Positions 24,267-37,022 are shown, counted from the first letter of the whole stretch. The stretch: 63,765 nucleotides of DNA, filler included, from Rhabdomonas costata (GCA_019059605.1; 53 parts of 53 records of this genome joined end to end with filler, not necessarily neighbours in it); one strand, 5' to 3'. The notes: a model not told the origin generated them from the sequence alone. Made by a program: numbers and translations.

Positions 24267-25613
24267 GGGGAGCAGGGAACGCGCGGACCAGACCAATAAA
24301 CCTTGATGCGACCTCTGAGCACTACACAAGCACAGAGGGCAGGGCGTGGGTGTGGGTGCAAGTGCAAGTGCTCGTTTGGCCGATCTCAGCTGTGCACGGA
24401 TCCATCTCCCCCACATGGAGAGAATCTCTCCGTCAGAATGTACGCCCTCCTCTCTTGGCAGTGCGTTGAGGTAACCATAAGGCTGATAAGCGTGCACGCT
24501 TTGAATTCAGCTCCCAAGAATTTTACGGTGAGATGAGAAACTGTCGTCTAGAAATAGGGGGTTTTCCGCCCAACCTCTCGCCCAGGGTTCTGCCTTCCCG
24601 TCTATATAAAGAGCAAGTATGAATCTAGAACCACCCACAGCCATTTAAACCACACCCAACTGATCGGCCTCGCCTTATAATAAAACTCGAAAAGAGTAAT
24701 GCAAAACGCCCATAACGCCAAAACGACTGCAGTAAGGGCCAAAACCATTGCAAAACCGACGATATAGCCGCAAACCCAATGGAAACCAGCGCAAAAACCT
24801 GGGGAAAAATACTAAAACTAATGAACCTGCCAAAAATCAGACTCATCAAACCCATCGCAAGCTGGTCAAAAATGCTGCAAAAGCACCGCCATCAGGGAGT
24901 ATTTTTTACAATATATTTTACAATCTTTCCTGGTGTCTAAAAGAAAAAACACGCAAAATCAGGTCGAAAAGCTCATGATAGTCGTTTAAAAGTGTTTTTC
25001 CACCATCCTCTTTCAGCCTCTGAGTGTGTCCCGGCGTACCCCCAGGTGGCTCATGTACCGCAGCCCCACGGGGAGCAGGGCAAGCCCCCAGCACAGCATC
25101 ACCATGCCCGCCACCCGCCCGGAGACCGCACCCGTGAAACTGGTGGCGGGCGGCGCGCCCTGCTCCATAGCCGCCACCGCGGCTGCCCCAAACCCCCNNN
25201 NNNNNNNNNNNNNNNNNNNNNNNNNNNNNNNNNNNNNNNNNTTAATTAATTAANNNNNNNNNNNNNNNNNNNNNNNNNNNNNNNNNNNNNNNNNNNNATT
25301 TTGTTATCTTCTCTCCGATGAATGGCAAACGCATTGTGTCGATGATGCCACACAAAATGCAACGAATCCACACGTACTCACATATTCCGTCCTCTGGTTG
25401 GCATCTTCATACTATTTCGACCTCAGTCTTTTAAAACAGACGTTCGAGAACAGTTTCAAGCAGACATGGGGAAACATGGCTTTGCCATAACTTTTGAGCG
25501 TGTCAACTTCAGCTTTTTCAAAGCCCCTTGCAACTGACTCCGATCTTCAGCCGGCGATCGAATACAACGGCATATGGGGGATGTCGGACAATTGCTGGTG
25601 GCAAATGAAGGTT

Positions 25614-25615
<2 letters not shown>

Positions 25616-25656
<41 letters not shown>
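25616..25656 (+). repeat. (TG)n microsatellite inside an intron
   Basis: Read directly from the sequence. Confidence 0.95.
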
Positions 25657-25657
<1 letters not shown>

Positions 25658-25700
25658 GTGAATGACCGTGTTTGGATATGCGAATCCGAGGAAGGGTTAC

Positions 25701-25944
25701 CTGCAGGGTCTGCAAACTCCACGAACCCAAACCGCTGTGGCTGTGAGTCATCCCCGGCGAGCTTGGCGTAGGTCACGGGACCGCAAGCCCGGAACAGCTC
25801 CACCAGCTGCTCCGTGGTCACCATTGAGACGATGTTGGCGACATGCACGGTACGCGCCACGTCGAACAAGTTCACCGGAGGTGCCGCCCCTGTTGCTGTT
25901 GGAGGGGTGGTCTCATCTTTGTTTGGGAACCCCGGAGGGACCTC
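25701..25944 (-). CDS. RRM-domain RNA-binding protein exon (SREK1/SRSF11- or CID8-like RRM)
   Basis: RTVHVANI...TTEQLVELFRACGPVTYAKLAGDDSQPQRFGFVEFAD contains RNP2 and RNP1; donor CAG|GTAAC. Confidence 0.88.
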
Positions 25945-26554
25945 CTGAAGCGCAAGCCCAAACACAGGCCAATGGTGCGGGTCTCCCGGTCGCGCTCGTC
26001 ACTTAGCAGCAAGGACAAAACAAATAAAGCACACGCACCCACACGCACATGCACGCATTTGGCGATGGCCAACTTTTTTCTGGGGAAGGCTTGCGATTCT
26101 CCCCCCTCCCTCTCTCCGCATTCACCCCACTCTCGAAGGGCATGGGCATATCAGGCCTCACTGTCCCCTCTGCGCCTCTCTGCCTAATACTATTAGGGCG
26201 TCCTTCTCGGGACCTACTGCCGATGGCGCGTTTTGAGTACTCTTCACAACATACACACATACACAAACACAAGCAAAAACACACAACTACATCCAGACAG
26301 CGAGACGCCGCAATGATTAAGGCTCACGAAACAAACTATTGTAAGCTATAGCTATTGTATCTTTTGGCATCTCATTGGAATGAGGTGAAAACCCAACCCC
26401 NNNNNNNNNNNNNNNNNNNNNNNNNNNNNNNNNNNNNNNNNNNNTTAATTAATTAANNNNNNNNNNNNNNNNNNNNNNNNNNNNNNNNNNNNNNNNNNNN
26501 GGGTGGTTCGTTGTCAAGTACGTTGTGGGTGCTGTCGTAAACCCTCCGCTGCGT

Positions 26555-26716
26555 GGGGCAAGAAGCGGCGCAAAAGGGTTACGAAAGAGCCGCCAAGGGG
26601 CACCGTCACCGGCCGAGGGTGAAAGGTCGGGAATCTCCTGACCCCAAGGACCACGCAGCGTTTCGGGAGGCCTGCTGTATATACAAAGACCTCAGGCCTG
26701 CTTCGGCTTAGCCTCT
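26555..26716. repeat. Dispersed ~160-bp repeat, copy 1 (copy 2 at 58422-58587)
   Basis: Long shared blocks GAGCCGCCAAGGGGCACC, CACCGGCCGAGGGTGAAAGG and CCACGCAGCGTTTCGGGAGGCCTGCTGT occur in two unlinked contigs. Confidence 0.92.
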
Positions 26717-27704
26717 TCCTCTGTTCGTTGGGTATGGAGGGGGGCAGAATAGACTTGCGGTCTTTTAACCATCATTGCGTCACACTGGTGGATCGAGAGA
26801 TAATTGTACTGTGGTTCGTGCAGCTGAAGTCGCATGGGAGGCGTGGAGGCGATTGTTTTCTTTTTAATTTCGGTTTGTCTCCGAGGTCATCCAGCACCTC
26901 GAAAAATCCATCCAACTTCTTCATTTCTGTTGTAAGAACTCGCCCACCGCACCCACGGTGACCTCCAAAAGACTTGACACGCTGCTGTCTTTGACGAATC
27001 GGGAATCAGGTGGCGGCTCTTGTGGTGCACCGGCGCCGCGTGTGAGAGGATGCAACACTTGAAAGTTATTGACCAAGTGTGGGAAGTTCCGTTCGTGACC
27101 GCTGCGACCGTTGTCTCACGCACAGGTGAAGTTTTGGTTCGCAGACGTTGCGCTGGACTTCCAGCTTCGCCAGATTTTGCGTTTGTACCCCTCGCTCCCG
27201 TACTTCGTTTTTCCATTTGGTTAGGTCACTGCAATTCACTTTCAGCAAAGTGAGCGTTGGTTAGTAAAAACCACCGCGGTTTACTCCTCCCCCTCACATC
27301 GAACGATAATTTCATTCCCCTTTCAGTCTTTCTTTTTGTGCTTTGCTCCTAATTTTGGACACCGGCTTATGGGCGATTTCGTTTTCGTTTCTTTTTGCCT
27401 TCAGTCGCCCTCAGTTGGTTTGCCCACTCAGGTTGAGTTATTGTTGAGCAGCCCCCCTCCTTGCGGCACGCTAGAACGAGCGGTGTCCGAGTGCTTATAA
27501 AAAGGAAAGTTTTGGAAGTTTTTTTTTTTTGATAAAGAGAGAAAACGATTTGAATCGGCAGGTAGGGGCGAAACCCTGCCCCCCACACCAAACACACCCA
27601 CCACNNNNNNNNNNNNNNNNNNNNNNNNNNNNNNNNNNNNNNNNNNNNTTAATTAATTAANNNNNNNNNNNNNNNNNNNNNNNNNNNNNNNNNNNNNNNN
27701 NNNN

Positions 27705-27721
27705 GTGGTGGGTGTGTTTGG
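27705..27721 (+). other. Residual WGA universal-primer sequence (GenomePlex/PicoPLEX type)
   Basis: GTGGTGGGTGTGTTTGG is one mismatch from TGTGTTGGGTGTGTTTGG. Reverse-complement remnants sit at the contig ends near 7117, 20364, 27588, 36040 and 57731. Confidence 0.85.
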
Positions 27722-27911
27722 TTGGTTTTGGATATTGCCGTATCTTATCTCTGCGGGCCTGGTGGAGAGCAGCTGTGGTGCGGTGTGGGTGTGGGTGATT
27801 GTAGCCATGCTGAGCTAAAGAGCTTCTGCTGCGTTGGGCGAGGTTAGCGATGATTTATTAGCTAACAATAGGCTGTTGGTGTGCTTATCCCCTTATTTTT
27901 CAAAATGCAAG

Positions 27912-28079
27912 GGAGTGGAGCAGTACCAGAAGGGCGACCCCAAGGCCGCCCTGAAGTGGTTCACCGAGGCCCGAGCAGTGATGCCGTCAGACAAGGCCTG
28001 CCGCGTGATGGCTGAGCTGTGCCAAAAAGCCATCACCGGCGGTGCCTCCGATGGGGTGATCGACGTTCTGACCAAGTGA
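27912..28079 (+). CDS. Last exon: TPR-like C-terminal tail typical of class III adenylyl/guanylyl cyclases
   Basis: GVEQYQKGDPKAALKWFTEARAVMPSDKACRVMAELCQKAITGGASDGVIDVLTK* fits G...Y..G....A...F......P.D......C.......DGV....K. Confidence 0.65.
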   Translation, partial: GVEQYQKGDPKAALKWFTEARAVMPSDKACRVMAELCQKAITGGASDGVIDVLTK

Positions 28080-31000
28080 GGAGGGAGACCCGGGGCCAAC
28101 GCTCAACGCTGGCTTCTTTATTCCCCTGGGGGCTTCTTTTCATTTTCCATTTCTTCTCTTTCCGAGACCTACACCCCCCAACACCACTTTGCTGCGCGCA
28201 CACTTCCCCTGCCTCTCTTACCTTTACTTTCTTTCTGTCTGTCTCTCTTCTAGTGGGCGTTTTTGCGCTCCTTCTCGTTGACCAAAGGACTGCTGGCCGT
28301 CACGTTGGGTTGTAAACCATCAGCTTTCGATGCGTGGGTCAATGTGAGGGACAGCTGCATCAGGAAAGGGTGCTGGGGGTGAGATCCGAAGCGGGAGGAC
28401 ACGGCAGGCCCTAACTCACCCTTGGCATCCTGTTGTGCCTGTGTGTGTCTGTGTGTGAGGATGGGTACCCGGTACGGTGCGACGGTGGCATGAGATCCAA
28501 GTTCAGTTCACGACTGCATATGGTGTATCAGTCGGTGGTTTTGGTCATCTTTGACGATAGACAAGTGGACAGTTTTTCTTTGTTCCCCCCCCCCCTCTCT
28601 CTCACTTTTTCAATCCCCTTTGCATTCGTAGGTCGTTCGATGTATCCCGTCTTTCTCTGTGCTTGCGCCTGTGTACATAGTCGTATTCAGAGATTGTGAC
28701 GTCGCCTGAGCTTCACACATGTCTCCATCTCAGTGTCAATCTCAATAGGGCTTCTTCCTGCTGTCTCCCCACCCTCCGCGGACATACCTCAGGTACATAC
28801 ACACAACCNNNNNNNNNNNNNNNNNNNNNNNNNNNNNNNNNNNNNNNNNNNNTTAATTAATTAANNNNNNNNNNNNNNNNNNNNNNNNNNNNNNNNNNNN
28901 NNNNNNNNTGTGAGCATATGCATCTCTCTTTCTGCTCTTTCCCAAATAGCTCAAATACCCAAAGACGGGGGCCTGTCCAGAAAAGACGGAAGGTCAACGA
29001 CCACATGGGAGGAACCCGGTACACGGGACAGCATATTTTGCTCTGAAATCGATCCCAGCCAATTTTTTGTGAAGCAGGCATTCGTGATGCATTGGTTCCG
29101 GTTTTCGGTCGAAGAAGAGAGGAAGTCCGGGACGAGGGTGCCCCCCAAAAAACCAGAATCCTCGAATGGTGAGTAAGAAAATCAAGATTACGTCATGAAG
29201 CACGGAGGGTCGTTGGGTCCACAGCTATTCTCTCCTAGATTACATTGCATGTCGTGCTGCCCAAGAGGCAAACTTCACAGTATAACTTGACCCTGAAAGA
29301 AAAGAAAACCGACACCCCACTCTTTTGGGGTTTGGGGGGCCAGGACCCCATTACGTCGTTACATTGCTACGCCACCTAAGCTGCTGAACAATTCCGCATT
29401 TCCTCACCTTGCCCGGGTCACGTTTCTGCGCAGAAACAGGGGAAGCATAAAAAACAGCGAACGCATCCGGAAACAGTGTCCTACACAACCCGCACTCCTA
29501 TACCTACCCTCATGCCCGTTCTAGCACTGCTGCGTGCTTCCAAACTTTCCCCATTTTGTCTGCACCGCAGGCTGGTCATGTGGCGACAAACTCTGGATCC
29601 TTGGGAGGCTCTTGAGAGATGGAAAGCTTCCGCTGCCTGAGCGGAAAAAAACAGGATTTTCGCTCGATTCAAACGTCGAAATGCCAAAGCGGCAGCGCTC
29701 GAGCGCGCTGTCACCTCCAGAACCTCAACACGAACTTACGTCTCTCGCGTACCAAACTAGCTTTCTGCATTATCTGAGAAACCTAACCTGCCGGAGGGAG
29801 GGGCCTTCCGAAATCCGTAAAAACAAAAACCCATCATAAAGAACAACACCTCCTGGACTTCCCCAACATCGCAGTAAGCAGTAAGGCAACCCAGGGAATC
29901 AGAAAGACAGTTTCGCCTGAGGTAAAGCCATAGGGCAATAGCGAAAACAAAACATCCACACAAGAAAAGCACCGAAGGCGGTGAAGGCATTTTCCAGCGG
30001 AGGGAAGCGCAGCNNNNNNNNNNNNNNNNNNNNNNNNNNNNNNNNNNNNNNNNNNNNTTAATTAATTAANNNNNNNNNNNNNNNNNNNNNNNNNNNNNNN
30101 NNNNNNNNNNNNNTTGTGTGGGGAGTGGGGTCCGAGGCGCAGATCGCCGGGAGGGCCTCACAGAGAATGGAGAAGTCCACCACTGGAGCAGGGCCGGAGC
30201 TGTCGTCGTACTGCGGGGGATGGAGAGGTGAGCACCATCTGTGTTCTTCGTTGGTGGCTTCTTGGAGCGATGTGGGTCAGGAAGGAAACGATATATAGCA
30301 CGATGCAGCGTAAGCTCAGAACAGCCACTTCCTTCTTAGTGAGGCACCATCAACAATCGAAATCTTCCTATATGCGGGCCTTTACGTCGCCCCATACGTC
30401 GTTACATATCGCCTTTCAACTGCAAATACCCTCGAAATTCTTCTGGGTCAAAAGTAACAGCTGTTTCGGGCAACCGCCAAACGAAGACGACGATATGTAT
30501 AAAGGGTACGTCAAATACGTACGTTCGTCTGAAATCTGGGGGGTAACTATCCTAAGTTGTGAAGTATGAGCCCAAAATTTGGGTGCGAGACAACCTTTTT
30601 GCCCGCATGAATGTGCGGGTATCGGTAATTACCCTCACAACCGTCACCAGTTGTAGGACCTGTGTGCGCCTGTGTGCTCCTCTCCTTTTTTAACAGCTCA
30701 CGCACGTGTGCGCGCATGCAGATCGCAGATCGCAGATCTGGAACACCACCTCCGGCGTGAAATTCACCCGAAGCCGAACGGACACCGCGCCTTTTGACGT
30801 GCCTTGGGTTTCCGCACGGAAGCGTACTCAACGTGCATTAAATCAACAACTACGTACTTTCCATCACGCCCCGCCATTGTCTTCTTTGCCTGTGACACCA
30901 AACGTGGGTGTGATTGATAGCGATGCTTGGCTTGTTCTCTTGTTGTCCACACGGTCCGAGAATTTCAAAAAGAGGGCAGTCCCAGGAGGTCTTGCGACGC

Positions 31001-31318
31001 GAGCACCAGCGGAGCCTACGAAATCTACAATGTTGGACCGACGTTCCTTGCAACTTCTGAAAAACTCACCACACCCAATATTTGCACACCACTGTTGGGG
31101 TTGGCTCCCCGCCGTTCAGGGTCAGCATCACCGTAGCCGCCTTGGGCCGTGGCCGTAGGTTTTCCAGCCGAGGCGAGTGCTCAGTTGGATCCCTTCGAGG
31201 GGTGGCCAACCCCAACCCNNNNNNNNNNNNNNNNNNNNNNNNNNNNNNNNNNNNNNNNNNNNTTAATTAATTAANNNNNNNNNNNNNNNNNNNNNNNNNN
31301 NNNNNNNNNNNNNNNNNN

Positions 31319-31362
<44 letters not shown>

Positions 31363-31468
31363 TTTTTTTTTTTTTTTTTTTTTTTGTTTGTGTTTGTGTT
31401 TGTGTTTGTGTTTGTGTTTGTGTTTGTGTTTGTGTTTGTGTTTGTGTTTGTGTTTGTGTTTGTGTTTG
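31319..31468 (+). repeat. Poly(T) tract (~65 nt) fused to (TTTGTG)n
   Basis: Read directly from the sequence. Confidence 0.9.
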
Positions 31469-31816
31469 TTTGTGTGTGTGTTGAATTCGAAGGAGGCGAA
31501 GGGTCTTGAGGACATAATTGGGAAACTGTGTGTGCGTGTTTGTGTGTGTGTGTGCTGCTGTTGCTGCTTCTCAAACCCCCACCCGTGCTTCTAGCTTCTC
31601 TTTGGTTTCCGGCAGCTCTGCTGTGACTCTGTCTGTTTTCATTTTTACCGGAGGGAGAGTGGGACTTCATCTTGTGCATGTGATTGTCGTTGGTCCGCGA
31701 GTCAGGTTACCGTCCTTTACTGTGCTGGTGTTCACGGGTTCGCGCGTCGATCCTACTGTGCAACTTCATTGACGGAGAGACAGAAGGAGCTCAGCAGCCT
31801 CCAGAATGGGCTTGCA

Positions 31817-32094
31817 GAGCTCTCGGCCCGCTCCGGCCCCAGGCTGTGCCGTACCCGACCCTGCCCTGCTGCGACGGCTAGAGACCCCCCAGCACACCCC
31901 AGTGCTGCCGTTGCCTCCGGGCTGTGGCGGAGCCTTGCACTACTACAACCCCGCCTACACCAGCCCCGTGGAGGCCAGGACGCGACAGCAGAGGCGCCGG
32001 GTGGAGCAGCTGCGGAGGGGCCTGGGGCTTCCCTCTGGGGACCTCAGCCCCAAAGGCAAAGCTCCGAAGGCTTCCGCCCGCAAGACCTCGGAAG
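31817..32094 (+). CDS. Exon of an unknown protein (5' boundary uncertain)
   Basis: High-GC3 frame LHYYNPAYTSPVEARTRQQRRRVEQLRRGLGLPSGD ending at AAG|GTGGG. Confidence 0.4.
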
Positions 32095-33745
32095 GTGGGT
32101 TTTTTTCCTGGTGGAGAGCAGTGATTGGGCAACCCTGCACTGAGACTTCTCTCGCACAGCTTTCCTCTCCCCCCAGCCTACTTCACTGTTGAGGGTGCTC
32201 TCGTGGGGGCCGCGAGCTCTAACCCCTTTAGTGTCTGGCCTTACCGTTTGCATCACTCATTGATTCTCTGCGAAAAAAGAAATCCTCCCCTTGCTCCAGG
32301 ATCCAGAGACATGCTGTTTCACGCTCGGAACTACATTTTTGTTGTACTCCCTGAGGAACCCCAGTTTTATCCAAACGTCTTTTTGAGGATGCAATCCAAA
32401 CTTGTTTTCACTGGTGTTATGTGTCATTTCTTGGCAATTANNNNNNNNNNNNNNNNNNNNNNNNNNNNNNNNNNNNNNNNNNNNTTAATTAATTAANNNN
32501 NNNNNNNNNNNNNNNNNNNNNNNNNNNNNNNNNNNNNNNNTTGTTGTTGTGGAAGTGGTCCATTTTTTTGGACAAATGCTAATACAATGTTATGACTAAC
32601 GGCTTAGTTATGATTTTGACAATTATATTGAACTCTTGTGAGTTACACGTGGTGTGCAAAATTTTTGTGCGCAGTTATTTAGGAAACAGTCAGTTGCGGA
32701 ACAATTTTTTGGAATCAGTGTTGACAAAACATTACTAATAAGAACAACGTTTCTCCACATCTGCATTTTGCAGTTTTCTGGGGGCAGACAAAATCAATAC
32801 GTCAAACTCAACATCCTTCCAATGCGTAGTCACCGTGTTTTACAAGACTTTTATGATATTTATTCTCGAGTCGAAACACGCCTGAACACAGCAAATGCTC
32901 AAAAATCTGGAGGTATTATTTTGGCTTAAGGTTACTTGACTGTGCTGTGAGCCACGCAAATTATTTTTGCGTTGTATAAGTGGACAACAAGTGCTTGAAT
33001 AAACGGTAACAAAATTATACACTATAGATAAAACTCGTACAAAAAACATTTGGTGTGGTTGCACCTGTTAATGGTGCGTACTTGTGGCATGAATGTAATA
33101 AATAAACATTATTCCCATGGAACTATGACACATACACTGTGTATGCTTAATCGGCATAACTCCAAATGATGGGCCATAGGAAGATCACGAAACACTCCAA
33201 GAGTCATTGGAAGTAGCCACCAAGGATGCAACACAGCAGGTAACATGGGTGTAAAAGAGCAGGAAAACACTCACTAACCGTAGGTAAGTTGTGGGGGTGA
33301 CGGAGTCCCCCCGCAACTTGCCTAGGGTTAGGGAGTGTTCGTTTTCTCCCCAGGTTAGGGATGTTTTCGATTTTTGAACTGCAAGAACTATGTGAGGATG
33401 AGTGCCGCTTGAGACTTTTCTTCTTCGTTTTTCCTTTGGGCCGGGATAGTGGAGTTACGCCATATAATCTACCACGCTTGTCAAAGCTATGCCGCAAAAG
33501 CTCTGACCCAAGCTTTTCTTTCCTCTCGGCAATTACGTCATCCGGGAAGCAATTTTGCACCCATAGACCCGTCCACCTTCCTTTCCGGCACGGCTTGGGT
33601 ATCGCAAAAAAGCAAGACTTGTCTGCAAGGTCTTTACAACACAAANNNNNNNNNNNNNNNNNNNNNNNNNNNNNNNNNNNNNNNNNNNNTTAATTAATTA
33701 ANNNNNNNNNNNNNNNNNNNNNNNNNNNNNNNNNNNNNNNNNNNN

Positions 33746-34300
33746 GTGGGCTACGCGGGGAAGTCGCAAATGCCACGTAAATGGTCCGAGTCCGCCGTGC
33801 CGTCTGACACATACCAGCAGGGTGTTCTTCCACAGTCCAAGGATGTCACCTGCCTGCCAGCGAAGAAAGTGCTTGCGCAGAATGCGGTACATGTGTCACA
33901 CTCCAGCGATATTGCGGGAACACTTAATTGGCTCCTACTTCTTGAGGTGGTAATGCCTCTGGATCCTGCTCTCGTTGGACTGTTTCCAGACATTGCTTGC
34001 ACAAGGTGGGCGCTGCATCGACTTACCTAGGTAACTTCCAGGGTGTCGCTGTGGCTACTTTCCTTGAGCGTCACCTTTATGAAATGGGGGTGGCGCCGAC
34101 AACTTGCCTTCACCAAGCCGGTTTGGAATCTGGAAACCTTTGGGTCACGGCTTCTGCAAATGACTGGTGGGGGGTGAGATGCACGTGTGACTCTGGTGGT
34201 GTGGCTGCTCTGGACACAGGTGGGGTCGAATTGTCGGGCCTTAGGGCTCACACCTTCTGGGCTGTGGAGGGGTTCCGCTTGGCGGGTCTCGCCGCTTATG
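33746..34300 (-). mobile_element. Possible decayed CRE-like non-LTR retrotransposon fragment (region upstream of RT)
   Basis: HMYRILRKHFLRWQAGDILGLWK resembles the R....RW..G....LW motif before the RT of CRE/RLE elements; the frame is broken by stops and has no splice signals. Confidence 0.35.
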
Positions 34301-35360
34301 CCATTCCACGATCTCCCAACAAAAGCAAAGGATGTGGAAGGGGCACACGACTCACACGCTTTGTCCTGTGTAGATCTGCAGCGTTCTCACCCCAAACGCT
34401 CTGCAAACCCCCCGCCTCTGTACCCTCTGCAGAGCCCTCATGGTCTCCGCTCGGCTCTGGCCTGCGGCTCTGCTGTGGTTCTTTTTAGGGCACCTCTGTA
34501 ACAACAAATGGAGAAAATAACGAGAAAAACACTCTGAAAAACAAAGCGACAAAAGAAGGGACCATAACCTTTCAAACTGCCGCTGTGTAACACAACACAC
34601 TGTCCATCTTCTCCGCCTGCATCCCCTGAGGCCTTGTCTGCGAAAATCCTCTGAAATCTCGTTCTCTTCGTATCTTTCACCTGTGAAAACTCTAGAAAAA
34701 ACTGTGGATGCATCCTTCTTCCTCTGAAAAACTCCGAAAACATACCACCTGAATCGCTGCAGTCGGTTCATGTGCACGCATTCCCATTCCATGCGGTCTC
34801 CCTCCCGTGGCCTGGCTCTCTGTCTCACCCGGGGTCTCCCACCACACAACANNNNNNNNNNNNNNNNNNNNNNNNNNNNNNNNNNNNNNNNNNNNTTAAT
34901 TAATTAANNNNNNNNNNNNNNNNNNNNNNNNNNNNNNNNNNNNNNNNNNNNGGTTGTTGTGGTTGAACGTCTGTCTGGCACCTGACGGAACACTTCACCT
35001 CGTCACACTGAACATAACCTGTGGGTGGTTATGTTGGTGGGTATCACCCACCCAAGTGCCTACATTCCTCAAGTCAGTCTGTCGCAACGATGATTTCAAT
35101 AGTTTCACGTTTCAAGAGCGAAAACGTTCAGCATCCCTTCTGTTTGGCGTTCAGCAATGCTGGATTTTCAAGGCCCCCTCTTCAAAAAGAATGAGATTAC
35201 CTTCAGTCTCAAAGAATATTTGTTTCGGCCTCCTTTCCCTTCTCTTCATAACTAGTGGGCAGCCTGGGTCATCCAACACCTCGGTTTGGATATGTTGCCG
35301 CCTTTGTGACCTCACCTTCACGTTGGGCCACCTACCTCTTCTTGTTCCGTTTTTTGACAG

Positions 35361-35695
35361 ACAACCCGTATCCCGAGACCCTGCGGCACGTAATGATAAC
35401 CCGGATGATGAGCTACTCCCAGTTCTCACCGAGCCTCACTGGGATGACCACTTTTGTAGGGCTGGGTACCGGGGTGTTCCTGGGGGTCTTCTCGGACACT
35501 TACTCCGGTCACCTGCTGTGGGCTATTAGCTGCAACGAGACGGGGTACCATCAGGTGTCGTGGCCGGCCACCGAGCTGGCGAATGACTGCAAGAGCTGCG
35601 GAAGGTCGGAGCATGGGCTGTGGAGGAAGGACAACTGGAAGAAGTTCTATGCCAACGGCTCTATGGGCCCCGACCGCTATAACGTCTCTAACTCG
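35361..35695 (+). CDS. Exon of a probable extracellular sensor region (possibly a receptor cyclase)
   Basis: TTTTGACAG| and TCG|GTGGG boundaries, phase-consistent 335 nt with high GC3; TTFVGLGTGVFLGVF...WAISCNETG with N-glycosylation sequons NET, NGS and NVS. Confidence 0.5.
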
Positions 35696-36458
35696 GTGGG
35701 TATTGCCCCTTTTGATTTACGGTGTTAAGGAGCCTCTGCCTTTCATTGGGTTCCTTGCTGGGATGGGGCGGAAACAGATTTTGGCGTGCACTTTCAGTTC
35801 CAGTTTCCATCACCTCCACCACTCCCTAGTTTCGCCTCAATGCTGAACTTAGTATCAGTACAAGAATGTTAGCAGTATTGAAATCACCTGATATGGCAAC
35901 ATGGTAATGGTGATGTTGATTGAGCAATGCCACTCACCCGCTTGGGGTCTTCTTAGTCTTTATATGACTACGTGGTTCACACCAACTACACCACAATCGT
36001 TGGGCCGGCGTTCGTGGCGGAGCTTCCCGACCCCAACACCCAACCACACCCAACACNNNNNNNNNNNNNNNNNNNNNNNNNNNNNNNNNNNNNNNNNNNN
36101 TTAATTAATTAANNNNNNNNNNNNNNNNNNNNNNNNNNNNNNNNNNNNNNNNNNNNGTAGTGCTGTATTGTGAACTGAAAATAGTGCACACTGATAGCAA
36201 GGCTTTCGCGAAAAGGGAAACAATTGTAGATCAAAAGTGAAGTAATGGGTTCAACAAAACAAGCAAAATCAATTGGAGCAGAGATGGAGGCAAGGATACG
36301 AAAACGCCTCCGTGTGAGAAAGTGTGAGATGGTCTGGAACTTGGGGCGTGTATGAGCCCTATTTTTTTTTGCCCTTATTGCCGTATATGACGGCTTTCAA
36401 TGGCACGTTGGGTCTTCTTTCCAGTTTCTCTTTTTGCGATTTTTTGCCCACCTTGCAG

Positions 36459-37022
36459 GGTGTGATGTGGGGCAGGGGATGCGCGTGGTGTGCATTAGTG
36501 ATACCCACGGAAAGCACCGGCGGCTGAGACTTCCCCCGGGGGACCTTCTGGTGCACGCCGGGGACTTCACCGCACGGGGCCGCCTGGAGGACGTGCGCGA
36601 CTTCAACGAGTGGCTGGGCGGCCTGCCCTTCCCCCACAAAGTGGTGATTGCAGGTCCAACTTTGGGGGCAGCAGCGCCCATATAGCTGCACCATGGGTGG
36701 TTTTCTTGCCTTTTCGCTGCACCTTTGGCCGCGGAGGTTGTTTGTTGGCCTTCCTCGTGCAAAAACCTTTGCGATGCGCTATTTCTTTCCAAGTTGATGA
36801 TTCTCTGACCTTGCACTCTTTCGCGGAGAGCCGTTTCTGCCTTCGGGGACCAGCAGCCTTTCTGTTATATGCGCTTTGTCGTGTAGTCTGTCCCATTTTT
36901 CTGCCCTCGCCCTCTGCTTCCTATGTCGCGCAGGCAACGCGGATCATTGCATGCAGTGGTTTTCGGAAGAGGCGGAGGGCTTGCTGACCAACTGCATCTA
37001 CCTTAGGGATTCACAAACCACG
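36459..37022 (+). CDS. MPPED1/2-like calcineurin-family metallophosphoesterase, exons 36459-36653 and 36934-37022
   Basis: RVVCISDTHG...GDLLVHAGDFT..G....VRDFNEWLGGLPFPHKVVIAG|NADH...LLTNCIYLRDS, joined by a GT-AG intron. Confidence 0.92.

Noticed and set aside
31769-31930. Apparent frame switch suggesting a euglenid non-conventional (non GT-AG) intron
   Set aside because: There is no homologue to anchor the junctions and no purine-start CAG/CTG boundary pair could be placed, so it cannot be supported without transcripts.
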